DNA of 59,364 nt, the filler included. It is 4 parts of 4 records of this genome, joined end to end, with 100 filler letters (N's around TTAATTAATTAA, not from the genome) between each part and the next. Parts side by side here need not be neighbours in the genome. Positions count along the whole stretch, not along the records: positions 42,988 to 53,882 come from DRR723986_5543; 3 more parts are not named here. One strand, given 5' to 3'. Both the position numbers and the translations under genes were made by a program. Under the pieces are notes generated by a model that was given only the letters and a program-made list of their open reading frames with translations, searched no databases and was not told where the DNA came from. This document shows, one piece after another, positions 44,518 through 53,982 of this stretch (positions are counted from its first letter, which is position 1; each line of letters begins with the position of its first letter).

Positions 44518-45876
44518 TTAGTCCTTTCCTTCGTCGGTGGCTGTGTCGAGCCAACGATAAATCCAGTTGGCATTGCGCAGCAAGCGCCCGTCTTGGCCAC
44601 GCGGGCCCACCAGTTGCAGCCCCATGGGCAAACCGTTTTCTGCCGTAAAGGCGGGCACGGTCACGGCAGGGGTGCCCAGCAATGTCCACAGCCCGTTGAA
44701 AATGGCATCGCCCGTATACTCTAGCCCATGCGGGGCGGGGCCGGTTGCCGCGGGGCACAAAATGGCGTCGCAGCGCGAAAATATTTCGTCAAGCCCGGCG
44801 TATAACACCGCGCGCCAGTCTAATGCGGCCAGATAATCACGCGCCAGAATGGCCTCGCCCTTTTCCAGCGCCTGGGTGGTGCGCGCGCCCAGCACATCGG
44901 CGCCATCGCGGCGATAGCGATAGTAATAGCGCGCCATTTCGGCGAAATTTATCCGCTCGCGAATGTCGGCAGCCTGATCAAAGATGCTGGGCAAAGAGAC
45001 GCTAAAACACTGCTCGCCCAGCGCATCGGCCAATTCGGCAAAGGCCGCGTGCAGCTGCGGGTCTGCCTGCGCCCAGCCGGGGGGCTGGACCATGGCAAAC
45101 ACCGGCTTGACCGGCGGCTCGGCCGTGGCGGTTGCGTAAAGCTGCGGCTGCGGGGCATGGGCGGTGGCGGCATCGGCGCTGTCATAGCCAAAAAGCACCT
45201 CGGCCAGCATCGCCGCATCAATGGGGCTGCGGGCAAACACGCCCATTGTATCCAGGCTGTGCGATTGCATCAAAACGCCCCGGCGCGGGATGGCGCCAAA
45301 GCTGGGCTTATACCCCGTGACCCCACAAAACGAGGCAGGCCGGATCACCGAGCCACCCGTTTGCGTGCCCACCGCCAGCGGCACATGCAAATCAGCCACC
45401 GCCGCGGCCGAGCCCGAAGACGAGCCGCCCGGCGTATGCGCCAGATTATGCGGGTTGCGCGTGCCACGGGCCTGCATAAAGGCCAGTTCCGTGGTTACGG
45501 TTTTGCCCATCAAAACAGCGCCCTCGGCCTTTAGCCGCTCGACCACAAAGGCATCTTGGCTGGGCACGCGGCCTGCATCCAGCGGGCAGCCGTTTTCTGT
45601 GGGGATCTTGGCTGTGTCGATCACATCTTTCAGCCCCACCGGCAGGCCATGCAGCCGCCCCAGGGGGCGGCCTGCCTTGCGCTGTGCATCCAGATGCTGC
45701 GCCTGTGCGCGTGCAAATTCCGGATCGATCCAGGCCCAAGCGCCCACATCGGCCTCGCGCGCGGCGATCTGGCCCAGATAGGCCTCGGTCACCTCGAGCA
45801 CTGATAGCGCGCCCTGCGCCAGACGCGCCCGTAAATCGGACGTGTCCAGCGCCAAGATATCTGCCTTATTTGCCAT
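44518..45876 (-). CDS. Amidase signature family enzyme
   Basis: LHGLPVGLKD, GKTVTTE, PGGSSSGS, GTQTGGSVIRPASFCG, GLPMGLQL. Confidence 0.93.
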   Translation of the reverse strand: MANKADILALDTSDLRARLAQGALSVLEVTEAYLGQIAAREADVGAWAWIDPEFARAQAQHLDAQRKAGRPLGRLHGLPVGLKDVIDTAKIPTENGCPLDAGRVPSQDAFVVERLKAEGAVLMGKTVTTELAFMQARGTRNPHNLAHTPGGSSSGSAAAVADLHVPLAVGTQTGGSVIRPASFCGVTGYKPSFGAIPRRGVLMQSHSLDTMGVFARSPIDAAMLAEVLFGYDSADAATAHAPQPQLYATATAEPPVKPVFAMVQPPGWAQADPQLHAAFAELADALGEQCFSVSLPSIFDQAADIRERINFAEMARYYYRYRRDGADVLGARTTQALEKGEAILARDYLAALDWRAVLYAGLDEIFSRCDAILCPAATGPAPHGLEYTGDAIFNGLWTLLGTPAVTVPAFTAENGLPMGLQLVGPRGQDGRLLRNANWIYRWLDTATDEGKD

Positions 45877-47284
45877 ACATGGCCTCGGGCAAATAGAACA
45901 CGATCTGCGGGAAGGCATACATAAGCGCCATCGAGATGATCACGCAGACAAGGAAGGGCATGACGCCTGCAAAGATCTGCGTGAGCTTGATTTCCGGCGG
46001 CGCGATGCCCTTTAGATAATAGGCCGACATGGCCATGGGCGGGGTTAGGAAACTGGTTTGCAGGTTCAACGCCACCAAAATGCCGAAAAACAGCGGGTCG
46101 ATGTTGAAAAAGGCCAAAAGCGGCAGGAAAATCGGCACGAAGATGATGATGATCTCAGACCATTCCAGCGGCCAGCCCAGCAAAAAGATGATCAGCTGCG
46201 CCAGGATCAAAAACTGCCACGGCTCTAGGCTAAGCCCTTGTACAAAATCCGAGATCAGATGCTCGCCCCCAAGGTAAGAGAACACCGCCGAAAATGTGTA
46301 TGATCCCACAAACAGCCAGCAGACCATGGCGGTGGTGCGCACGGTCAGGTAGACAGATTCGCGCATGCGCTGCCAGGTCATGGCGCGGTAGATGAAGGCC
46401 AGCAAGATACCGCCCAATGCGCCAATCGATGCCGCCTCGGTGGGTGTTGCAAGACCCAAAAGGATCGAGCCCAGCACCGCCAGGATCAGAAACGCCAAGG
46501 GCAGGAATGATGTCAAGATCATGCCCAGCAATTTGGCAAAGGGAACATCGGGGATGTCTTCTTTGCTGGGGCGCGGGGCAACCGAGGGCTGCAAAATGGC
46601 GCGCCCGATCACATAGACCAGATACAGGCCAACCAGCGTCAGCCCCGGCAATAGCGCCGCCGCATAAAGCCGCACGATCGATACGTTCGATGCAGCCGCA
46701 TAAACGATCAGCATGATCGAGGGCGGAATAAGAATGCCCAAAGTGCCGCCCGCGCAGATAATGCCCGATGCAAAAGACGGGCTGTAACGCGCCTTTAGCA
46801 TCGCAGGCAGGGCCAACAGGCCCATCAGCGTAACAACCGCGCCCACAATGCCGGTGGCCGTGGCAAAGAGCGCACAGGTGATCAGCGCCGCCACACCCAT
46901 AGACCCCGGCATGTTGCGCGAGGCCACATTCAGCGTGGAAAACAGCCGATCAACGATATTGGCGCGTTCGACGATATAGCCCATGAACAGGAACAAAGGC
47001 ACCGCCGTCAGCACCTCGTTCGACATCACTGTGAAGGTTTGGTTCACAAATAAGTCGAATATTCGGTTATTGAAAAACCCTTCTATCCATAGGCTGGTTT
47101 GGTCCCACCAGCTGGCATCATCGCCCAGCCTATCATACCCGCGCCACATGCGGCGGGCATCGAAATAGGCGTAATAGCCAAAGCCAATGCCCATGGCCAT
47201 AAGGGTAAAGGCAATAGGAAAGCCCAAAAACACAAAGATAATGAACAGCCCCAGCATCATCAGGGCGATTTGGGGGTCGGTCAT
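45866..47284 (-). CDS. dctM: TRAP transporter large permease
   Basis: AVPLFLFMG, ATGIVGA, GTLGILIPPS, ATPTEAA, NLQTSFLTPP. Confidence 0.94.
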   Translation of the reverse strand: MTDPQIALMMLGLFIIFVFLGFPIAFTLMAMGIGFGYYAYFDARRMWRGYDRLGDDASWWDQTSLWIEGFFNNRIFDLFVNQTFTVMSNEVLTAVPLFLFMGYIVERANIVDRLFSTLNVASRNMPGSMGVAALITCALFATATGIVGAVVTLMGLLALPAMLKARYSPSFASGIICAGGTLGILIPPSIMLIVYAAASNVSIVRLYAAALLPGLTLVGLYLVYVIGRAILQPSVAPRPSKEDIPDVPFAKLLGMILTSFLPLAFLILAVLGSILLGLATPTEAASIGALGGILLAFIYRAMTWQRMRESVYLTVRTTAMVCWLFVGSYTFSAVFSYLGGEHLISDFVQGLSLEPWQFLILAQLIIFLLGWPLEWSEIIIIFVPIFLPLLAFFNIDPLFFGILVALNLQTSFLTPPMAMSAYYLKGIAPPEIKLTQIFAGVMPFLVCVIISMALMYAFPQIVFYLPEAMYGK

Positions 47285-47865
47285 GGGTGGGCGTCCTTTT
47301 CAGCCTGCGCAGCTTTTTGCAGCAAGATGTCTTCGGTTTCCAAAACGTCTTCGTCAGCGGCCAGCCATTCATTGGTGCGCATCGCCAAAATGCAGCGGCA
47401 CACCTGGGCAATACCCTGAATGAACAGCAAAATACCTGCCGCCACGATCACAGCTTTGAATTGGTAAATTGGCACGCCGGCGGGGCTGTTTACCGACACC
47501 TCGCCATATTGCCATGACCGGGCCGCATATTTCCAACCCGTCAAGACCAGCGCCAAGACACCGGGAAAAAAGAAGATGATATAAAGCACCAGATCAACTT
47601 TGGCCTGGGTTTTGGGCTGCCACAGGCGATACAGGAAATCGCCCCGAACATGGCCGCCACGCGACAAGGTATAGGCGCCCCCCATCATGAACAAAGTGCC
47701 ATACATGATGAACGACACATCCAGTGCCCAAGCGGTTGGGCTATTGAGGACGTAGCGCACAAAAACCTCATAGCCTGTGCCCGCAGCCATCAAAACGATC
47801 AGCCAGGCGAAAGCCTTGCCAAACCATGCCGACAGAGCATCGGCAAAACGGATGAACCTGATCAA
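47281..47865 (-). CDS. dctQ: TRAP transporter small permease
   Basis: YEVFVRYVLNSPTAWA, GHVRGD, four TM helices; ATGA overlap with dctM. Confidence 0.93.
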   Translation of the reverse strand: MIRFIRFADALSAWFGKAFAWLIVLMAAGTGYEVFVRYVLNSPTAWALDVSFIMYGTLFMMGGAYTLSRGGHVRGDFLYRLWQPKTQAKVDLVLYIIFFFPGVLALVLTGWKYAARSWQYGEVSVNSPAGVPIYQFKAVIVAAGILLFIQGIAQVCRCILAMRTNEWLAADEDVLETEDILLQKAAQAEKDAHP

Positions 47866-47890
47866 GGTGCTCCCCTTTCGTTGCCAGAAA

Positions 47891-47915
47891 GCCCCGGCGG
47901 GAAAACCGCCGGGGC
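47891..47915 (-). terminator. Stem-loop between dctP and dctQ
   Basis: GCCCCGGCGG-gaaaa-CCGCCGGGGC, followed by ttt on the minus strand. Confidence 0.6.
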
Positions 47916-47941
47916 CAATGCTGATTTAGTGCAAAATCCGA

Positions 47942-49069
47942 TTACAGGCTCAGACGACCGGGGAAATAGTGGTCATAGGCCAGGGCATAATCGGGTGCGT
48001 TCATGATTTCGTAATAGGTCACTTGCTCGACCCATGCGCGCTGGCTGTCCAGGCATTTCTTCATGAACGGGTCTTCTTCCAGCGTCGGGATCAGCTTGTC
48101 CCATGCCTGGATCTGGGCCTCTAGGATTTCCTTCGAGGTGCGGCGCACGGTCACGCCGGCCTCTTCCTGCAGCCATTTCAGATCGGCCGAATAGCGGCGC
48201 ATTGCCTTGGCGGTGTTGGCGGTCGATACCGCCTCGACGCCGTATTTCAGGATGGCGCGCAGATCTTCGGGCAGGTCTTCCATGGTCAGGCGGTTGAACA
48301 GGAACTCAAAGCTTTCCGAGGCCTGGTGGTAAGACGACAGATAGTAGTTCTTGGCCACGTCATGGGCGCCGAAATCTTTGTCGGACGACGGGTTGTTAAA
48401 CTCGAACGCGTCGATCACGCCGCGCTCCATGGCGGGCACGATCTCGCCGCCGGGCAGCTGCGCCACGGCCATGCCCATGCTTTGCAGCAGGTCTGCGGCC
48501 AGGCCCACGGTGCGGTATTTGAAACCCTGCAGGTCGGCCACGGTGTTGACCTCTTGCTTGAACCAGCCAAAGGGCTGGGCAAACATCGGGAAGCCCATGT
48601 AGCCATCCACATCAAGGCCCATGATATCGCGGGTCAGCTCGTCATACAGCGCCTTACCGCCGCCCTCGTAGAACCACGACAGCATCGTTGTGGCCGAGCC
48701 GCCAAACACTGGGCCGGTGCCAAACAGCGATGCGGCTTTGTTTTTGCCATACCAGTAAACCGGCACCGAATGCGCCGCATCCAAAACGCCGTCGTTCACT
48801 GCGTCGAGCACCTGGAACGCGGCCACAACCGCGCCCGCGGGCAGCACGTCGATTTTCAGGCGGCCACCCGACATTTGCTCGACACGGTCGGCGTAATCTT
48901 GGGCCATTTCCTGCCAAATATTGCCCGCGCCCCACGACGTTTGCATTTTCAGCACGATCGGCGCCTGCGCCAATACGGCGGGGGCCGCCAGCGTGCCAGC
49001 AACCGCGCCACCACCCAATGCGGTGCGCTTCAGAAATGAACGGCGGTTCATCTTAGGTTTGTCAGTCAT
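47942..49069 (-). CDS. dctP: TRAP substrate-binding protein (TakP-like), Tat signal
   Basis: NRRSFLK...APAVLAQ; LKMQTSW; YWYGK; KYRTVG; ERGVIDAFEF. Confidence 0.93.
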   Translation of the reverse strand: MTDKPKMNRRSFLKRTALGGGAVAGTLAAPAVLAQAPIVLKMQTSWGAGNIWQEMAQDYADRVEQMSGGRLKIDVLPAGAVVAAFQVLDAVNDGVLDAAHSVPVYWYGKNKAASLFGTGPVFGGSATTMLSWFYEGGGKALYDELTRDIMGLDVDGYMGFPMFAQPFGWFKQEVNTVADLQGFKYRTVGLAADLLQSMGMAVAQLPGGEIVPAMERGVIDAFEFNNPSSDKDFGAHDVAKNYYLSSYHQASESFEFLFNRLTMEDLPEDLRAILKYGVEAVSTANTAKAMRRYSADLKWLQEEAGVTVRRTSKEILEAQIQAWDKLIPTLEEDPFMKKCLDSQRAWVEQVTYYEIMNAPDYALAYDHYFPGRLSL

Positions 49070-49148
49070 CAATAATCCTCCCAAAACGCGCCAAGGCTGT
49101 ATCGCGGGGCCAAACTGCCAAAGCAGCACACCAGCCGCGGGCGGCGCT

Positions 49149-49310
49149 TTGGTGAAATTAGCTTACCAATTCAGACATTCAAGTAAAATCAGCTTGCGGG
49201 GCCATGCCCAACATCACTTTATTTTTCTAGACATAAAAATCACAATCGCAGGCTCCCAGCACAGGGGCCATCGGCCAGGCGACCGTGATTTGGTCTATAT
49301 TTTTGGCCAA
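49149..49310. promoter_or_regulatory. Two dyad boxes TTGGT-N11-ACCAA (49149-49169) and TTGGT-N11-GCCAA (49290-49310), candidate FadR-subfamily operators
   Basis: Same arms and the same AT-rich 11-nt spacer, upstream of the TRAP operon. Confidence 0.55.
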
Positions 49311-49491
49311 ATTTCCAAGCCACGCCGCGCGCCCCGCCCCCAGGTGATGCAGTAGCCTAGAACAACCATAAAGACGTATAGCGCAGCCTTGCCCCGAAAA
49401 TTTGGGCCGCGGCCACCGGTGCCGCTGATCGGCCATTTAGGCCAGCACCGGCAGCTTTCCAGCTATTTCTGGCGCGCAGGCCCCGGCGGGA

Positions 49492-50400
49492 TCAGCGGGG
49501 CGCGCGATGACGGGCGCGCATTTGGCGCGCCATCGTAAAGGAATACAAAATCAGCGCCGCCCAAATCATCGGAAAGGCGATCATCCGCGCCTGGCCAAAG
49601 GGCTCGTCAAAGACAAACACCGCGCATAGGAAAATCATGGTCGGCGCGATATATTGCAAAATCGCAATCGTGGTCAGGCGCAGCCGCTTGGCCCCGTTGG
49701 CATAAAGCATCAGCGGAATGGCTGTAACCGCGCCACAGCCAAACAGCAGCCAGCTGTCACGGGCCACCCCCACCAGAAAATGCCCCTGCCCTTGCGCCGC
49801 CAACCAGCCAATATAGGCCAGGGCCGGGCCAAGCAGGATCAGCACCTCTAGCAAAAAGCCCTGGTTTGGGCCCACCGGCAGCTGCTTTTTGCACAGCGCA
49901 TAAAAGCCCCAGCTGACAAACAGGCCAATCGCCACCCAAGGCAGGCTGCCGGCCGCCACCGTTAAAACCACCACCGCCGATACCGCCAGCGCGATGGCCA
50001 CCATTTGCAGCGGGCTTGGCCGCTCGCCCAGCAGCAACGCCCCCAGCGCCACGCTGAAAAGCGGGTTGATGTAATAGCCCAGCGCCGCATCCAGCGCATG
50101 GCCCGCCCCGATGGACCACACATAAATGCCCCAATTGATCGAAATCAGCCCCGCCGTCAGCACCCCCATCGCCAAGGTGCGCGGGCTGGTCAACGCGGCG
50201 CGCAGATCAGAGGTGCGCCCAAGCGCCACCAAGACCGCCCCCGCAATGGGCACAGACCACAGCACGCGGTGGGCCACCACCTCGGCTGCGGGGATGTGAT
50301 GCAGCAGCTTCATATACAGGGGTAGAAAGCCCCACAGCACATAGGCTGAAACGGCATAGGCCAGGCCGGCGGGGGTATCGCGGTTTTCGGGGTTTTCCAT
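49492..50400 (-). CDS. rarD: EamA/DMT family transporter RarD
   Basis: LWGFLPLY, AHRVLWS, NWGIYVW, LGYYINPL, LQYIAPT. Confidence 0.92.
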   Translation of the reverse strand: MENPENRDTPAGLAYAVSAYVLWGFLPLYMKLLHHIPAAEVVAHRVLWSVPIAGAVLVALGRTSDLRAALTSPRTLAMGVLTAGLISINWGIYVWSIGAGHALDAALGYYINPLFSVALGALLLGERPSPLQMVAIALAVSAVVVLTVAAGSLPWVAIGLFVSWGFYALCKKQLPVGPNQGFLLEVLILLGPALAYIGWLAAQGQGHFLVGVARDSWLLFGCGAVTAIPLMLYANGAKRLRLTTIAILQYIAPTMIFLCAVFVFDEPFGQARMIAFPMIWAALILYSFTMARQMRARHRAPR

Positions 50401-50430
50401 AGGCCCCAGCTACCCGATTGGCGCGCGCGG

Positions 50431-50907
50431 TCAAGCCCCCTTGGCGCCCAGGTCCAGCTCGGGCTGGTCTTTTAGGGTTTTCAGCACGAAATCGCTTTGC
50501 ACATGGCCCACCTGCGGGCGGATCATCAGCTGCTCGTGCAGGAAATCGGCAAAGGCATCCAGATCTTGGGCACGCACATCGAGCACGTAATCGGCACTGC
50601 CCGATACCGAAAACGCCGCCTGCACCTGCGGCTGCGCATCCAGCCAGCGCGAAAAATTCTGGTGATCTTCGCGTGTGTGCGTGCGCAACGTAACCCGCAC
50701 CAGCACCCGCAACCCCAGGCCCAGGGCCTGCGCATTCAGCCGCGCGTGATAGCCCCGGATCAGCCCCGCCGCCTCGAGCGCCAAGCGCCTGCGCGAGCAT
50801 TGCGAGGGCGACAGGCGCACAATTTCAGACAGCGCGCCATTGGTCAGCGCGCCGTTCTTTTGCAAAGCCGCCAGAATGCGGCGATCGTATTGGTCAAGCT
50901 GGGCCAT
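50431..50907 (-). CDS. Lrp/AsnC family transcriptional regulator
   Basis: LDQYDRRILAALQ...LSPSQCSRRRLALEAAGLIRGY; SGSADYVL. Confidence 0.94.
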   Translation of the reverse strand: MAQLDQYDRRILAALQKNGALTNGALSEIVRLSPSQCSRRRLALEAAGLIRGYHARLNAQALGLGLRVLVRVTLRTHTREDHQNFSRWLDAQPQVQAAFSVSGSADYVLDVRAQDLDAFADFLHEQLMIRPQVGHVQSDFVLKTLKDQPELDLGAKGA

Positions 50908-51050
50908 GGATCTTTATGCACAATTTGTGTGTATTTTTTACCTTTGCGCACAACATATGCATTTTTTAGCCAATTCACCACCTAATTTGCACGCATTTCA
51001 CGGCACTGGCGCGATAGTCTGGCCCCACAGCACCCAAACCCGAGGCCACC

Positions 51051-52676
51051 ATGACGCAACCGCAGATTCCGATGTTTCACTCGTTGGCGCAGGCCATTGC
51101 TGATCATGGCACCGATACGCTGTTTGGGCTGATGGGCGATGCCAACCTGTTTATGGTAGATCACTATGTGCGCGGGTGCGGGGGGCGGTTTGTGCCCGCC
51201 GCCCACGAGGGCAGCTGCGTGTTGATGGCCCTAGCCTATGCCTATGTCAGCGATCGCGTGGGGGTGGCCACCATCACCCATGGCCCGGCCCTGACCAATT
51301 GCATGACCGCCCTGACCGAGGGCGCGCGTGGCAACCAGCCCATGGTGCTTTTGGCCGGTGATACGCCCGTGTCAAACCCCCGCCACCTGCAAAGCATCGA
51401 TCAGCGCGCGGTGGTCCGGGCCACTGGCGCCGGGTTCGAGCAGCTGCGCAGCCCCGAAACCGCCAGCGCCGATCTGGCCCGCGCCTTTTACCGCGCGCGG
51501 GTAGAGCGCCGGCCGATCGTCTTGAATGTGCCGGCCGATTTCATGTGGCAAAACGTGGTGCATCACACCCGCGTTCTAAACGTTTTCGACAGCCCCGGCG
51601 CGCCGGCGCATAGCGATGTGATGGATCAGGCGGTGGGCATGCTGGCCTCGGCGCGCAGGCCGCTTATTTTGGCGGGGGGCGGCGCCATCGGCGCGCGCGC
51701 GCAGATCTTGCGCCTGGCCGAGCGGCTGCAGGCGCCCGTGGCCACCACGCTAAAGGCCAAGGGGCTGTTTACCGGGCACCCCCAGAACATGGATATTTTC
51801 GGCACGCTCAGCACCCCCGCCGCCTATGAGGTGATTGCAAAGGCCGATTGCGTGCTGTGCTTTGGCACGGGCCTGCATGATTTCACCACCGACAAGGGCA
51901 AATTGATGCAGAAAAAGCGCATCATTCAGGTCGATATCACCCCCACCGCCATTGGGGGCGGCGTGCACCCCGATGCAGCGCTTGTGGCCGATGCGGGGCT
52001 GGCGGCGGAAACCATTCTTTACTGGCTGGATCAGGCCGAGATACCCGGCAGTGGCTTTAGCCTTGAGCTGCAACCCGATACGCTGACGCGCCACCCCGTA
52101 GAGGGGGGCAAAACCGCACCGGGCTGCGTGAATTTCGTGGCGGCGCTGGAACGGTTGAACGAGGCGCTGCCGCAAAACCGGCTGCTGGTTACAGACGGTG
52201 GCCGCTTTATGACCGAGGTTTGGTGCCGCGTGGCAGTGCCTGACCCGAAAAGTTTTCTGGCCCCTGTCTATTTCGGCTCGATCGGCCTGGGGCTGCAACA
52301 GGCCATTGGCGCAGGGCTGGCGCGGCCCGATCGCACGGTGGTGCTGTTTACCGGCGATGGCGGTTTCATGATGGGTGGTATCAACGAGTTTAACACCGCC
52401 GTCCGGCTGGGCCTGCGCATGATCGTTGTGGTGGCCAATGACAGCGCCTACGGGGCCGAACATATCCAGTTCCGCGACCGCCAGATGGACCCCAGCCTGA
52501 CCGAATTCAACTGGCCCTCTTTTGCCGAAATGGCGGTGGCCATGGGCGGCGATGGGGTGATCGTGCGCAGCGCCGAAGACCTGGAAAGCGCGATTGCCAA
52601 AATCGATGGCGCCACCCGCCCGCTGCTGATCGAGCTGTGCCTCGACCCCGAAAATGTGCCGCGCATGCGCGCATAA
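51051..52676 (+). CDS. Thiamine-diphosphate-dependent enzyme (ALS/decarboxylase family), substrate unknown
   Basis: FGLMGDAN, AHEG, THGPALTN, ThDP motif GDGGFMM...VVANDSAYG. Confidence 0.92.
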   Translation: MTQPQIPMFHSLAQAIADHGTDTLFGLMGDANLFMVDHYVRGCGGRFVPAAHEGSCVLMALAYAYVSDRVGVATITHGPALTNCMTALTEGARGNQPMVLLAGDTPVSNPRHLQSIDQRAVVRATGAGFEQLRSPETASADLARAFYRARVERRPIVLNVPADFMWQNVVHHTRVLNVFDSPGAPAHSDVMDQAVGMLASARRPLILAGGGAIGARAQILRLAERLQAPVATTLKAKGLFTGHPQNMDIFGTLSTPAAYEVIAKADCVLCFGTGLHDFTTDKGKLMQKKRIIQVDITPTAIGGGVHPDAALVADAGLAAETILYWLDQAEIPGSGFSLELQPDTLTRHPVEGGKTAPGCVNFVAALERLNEALPQNRLLVTDGGRFMTEVWCRVAVPDPKSFLAPVYFGSIGLGLQQAIGAGLARPDRTVVLFTGDGGFMMGGINEFNTAVRLGLRMIVVVANDSAYGAEHIQFRDRQMDPSLTEFNWPSFAEMAVAMGGDGVIVRSAEDLESAIAKIDGATRPLLIELCLDPENVPRMRA

Positions 52677-52706
52677 AAAACGGCAGGGCCAAAACCCTGC
52701 CGCTTT
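52675..52706. terminator. Intrinsic terminator between convergent genes (T-tract best on the minus strand, for cycA)
   Basis: AAAAAA-CGGCAGGG-ccaaaa-CCCTGCCG-cttt. Confidence 0.75.
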
Positions 52707-52731
52707 GACATAAGCGCCGATTAAGCGCCGA

Positions 52732-53160
52732 TTACTGCGTGATCGAGGCCAGATAGGCCGCGATATTGGCGGCATCGTCTTCTTTGCGCAGCTTGAACGC
52801 CATTTTGCTTTTTGCGCGCTTGTCGTCCAGCTTGGTTTTCAGAAAATCACGCGGGTCTTGCACGTAAACGGCCAGCTCTTCGGCAGTCCAGACAAAGCCG
52901 CTTTCGCCCAGCTTCACCAGATCATCGCCATATTTCTTGCCGAAATCGGCATCGGTGCCGGCCTGACGGCCAATCACGCCATACAGGTTGGGGCCGGTTT
53001 TGGTGTTTTCGCGCCCGGCAATCACATTGCCCGCATCGTCTTGAATGCGGTGGCAATTCTTGCACTGCTTTTCAAACACCTCTTGGCCAGCCCCCACATC
53101 GCCCGCAAAAACCGGGGCTGCAGCGGTGACAAACCCAAGGATGAGTAATTTCTTCAGCAT
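52732..53160 (-). CDS. cycA: Cytochrome c2 (class I cytochrome c)
   Basis: Signal peptide, AGDV, CKNCH, KTGPNLYGV, KSKMAFKL (axial Met); RBS AGGAGG. Confidence 0.9.
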   Translation of the reverse strand: MLKKLLILGFVTAAAPVFAGDVGAGQEVFEKQCKNCHRIQDDAGNVIAGRENTKTGPNLYGVIGRQAGTDADFGKKYGDDLVKLGESGFVWTAEELAVYVQDPRDFLKTKLDDKRAKSKMAFKLRKEDDAANIAAYLASITQ

Positions 53161-53213
53161 GTTTCTTCCTCCTTTGACCTTTTCATTACGTATGGTCATC
53201 TATCTTGGATCAC

Positions 53214-53882
53214 TCAGGCCACAGCTTTTGCCAAAGCGCATTGCGCCCAAAGCGATGTCAGCGCGTTCACCAGCCGGTCGATATCGGCATCTGAATGCAA
53301 GGGGCCGGGGGTGATGCGCAGCCGCTCGGTGCCCTTGGGCACGGTGGGGTAGTTGATGGGTTGCACGTAAATGCCCCAATCGCGCAGCAAAATATCCGAA
53401 ACCATCCGGCATTTGACCGGATCGCCGATATGCACAGGGATGATGTGACTGTCGTTTAGCATATGGGGAATGCCTGCCTCGTCCAGCCGCGCGCGCAGCC
53501 GGGCCACGCGGTCGCGTTGGGCCAGGCGTTCGGTTTGCGAGGTTTTCAAATGGCTGATCGAGGTTATCGCCGAGGCCGCAACCGCGGGCGGCAGGGCGGT
53601 GGTGAAAATAAACCCCGACGCATAAGAGCGGATGAAATCGCACAGCGCATGACTGCCGGTGATATAGCCCCCCATCACGCCATAGGCCTTGCCCAATGTG
53701 CCCTCGATCAGGCTGATCCGGTCGGCCAGCCCCCGCTCTTCCGACACGCCACCGCCGCGCGGGCCATACATTCCCACGGCATGCACCTCGTCCAGGTAGG
53801 TCAGCGCGCCATGCGCCTCGGCCACCTCGACAATTTCGCGCATCGGGCAGATATCGCCATCCATCGAATAGACCGATTCAAA
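53214..53882 (-). CDS. hemA: 5-aminolevulinate synthase, C-terminal part
   Basis: [25 protein letters not shown] (PLP Lys), [27 protein letters not shown]. Confidence 0.95.
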   Translation of the reverse strand, partial: FESVYSMDGDICPMREIVEVAEAHGALTYLDEVHAVGMYGPRGGGVSEERGLADRISLIEGTLGKAYGVMGGYITGSHALCDFIRSYASGFIFTTALPPAVAASAITSISHLKTSQTERLAQRDRVARLRARLDEAGIPHMLNDSHIIPVHIGDPVKCRMVSDILLRDWGIYVQPINYPTVPKGTERLRITPGPLHSDADIDRLVNALTSLWAQCALAKAVA

Positions 53883-53982
53883 NNNNNNNNNNNNNNNNNN
53901 NNNNNNNNNNNNNNNNNNNNNNNNNNTTAATTAATTAANNNNNNNNNNNNNNNNNNNNNNNNNNNNNNNNNNNNNNNNNNNN
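53883..53982. other. Artificial contig spacer
   Basis: 44 N + TTAATTAATTAA + 44 N. Confidence 0.99.
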
